Shown here: positions 16,486 to 16,557 of the stretch, in pieces
Position numbering within the stretch: position 1 is the first letter of the stretch
How the letters are laid out: each line of letters opens with the position of its first letter
Assembly: GCA_051746725.1 (NCBI GenBank)
Contig: JBNJFI010000044.1
Location: 1-16,557 of the forward strand
Reading direction: 5' to 3'
DNA length: 16,557 bases
Source of the DNA: Fusobacteriota bacterium
GTDB taxonomy: Bacteria; Fusobacteriota; Fusobacteriia; Fusobacteriales; JBNJFI01
The notes under the pieces: generated by a model
Told to the model about the DNA's origin: nothing
Seen by the model: the letters and a program-made list of their open reading frames with translations, nothing else
The model's database searches: none
Made by a program: the position numbers and the translations under genes

Positions 16486-16557
16486 TTGGAAAAATTAGAG
16501 AATCTATTAAATTATATCGTAAAAGAGTTAGTTATAGAAGAAGATGGAATTAGAATA
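16486..16557 (+). CDS. khpA: 5' end (partial) of probable KH-domain RNA-binding protein KhpA/YlqC
   Basis: SD AAGGAGG then a TTG start; MEKLENLLNYIVKELVIEEDGIRI resembles the KhpA N-terminus. Only 24 codons are visible. Confidence 0.6.
   Translation, partial: MEKLENLLNYIVKELVIEEDGIRI

Noticed and set aside
1..16557. CRISPR array, tRNA/rRNA, riboswitch, transposase, integrase or defence system
   Set aside because: No repeat-spacer periodicity, structured GC-rich leader or matching protein motifs seen by eye. An Rfam/Infernal scan of the intergenic regions would be the decisive test.

Overview
AT-rich bacterial chromosomal window from what looks like an anaerobe. The gene order PASTA-rsgA-rpe-MarR-rqcH and hpt-rsmA-DUF4911-khpA suggests Fusobacteriota, which is inference only. 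The left part (1-7771, + strand) is more accessory. It holds the 3' end of an MtfA/M90 peptidase gene, a divergent lipoprotein of the AGE epimerase superfamily, a COG2509-type FAD oxidoreductase, an Mth938-domain protein, a polar amino-acid ABC transporter, and an orphan, signal-peptide-less DUF1858 + solute-binding-fold protein. The right part is housekeeping: a minus-strand PASTA-rsgA-rpe-marR(-rqcH) run, divergent from hpt-hpt-SPOR-rsmA-DUF4911-pdxJ-thioesterase-khpA(partial). I saw no RNA genes, CRISPR arrays or mobile elements. The two best leads are: (1) rsgA has an intact N-terminal OB domain that can only be translated from a non-canonical ATA/ATT start codon, a possible initiation-fidelity feedback on a 30S maturation factor; (2) a CRP/FNR-type palindrome sits at about -41.5 of the DUF1858-SBP gene and doubles as the ABC operon terminator.
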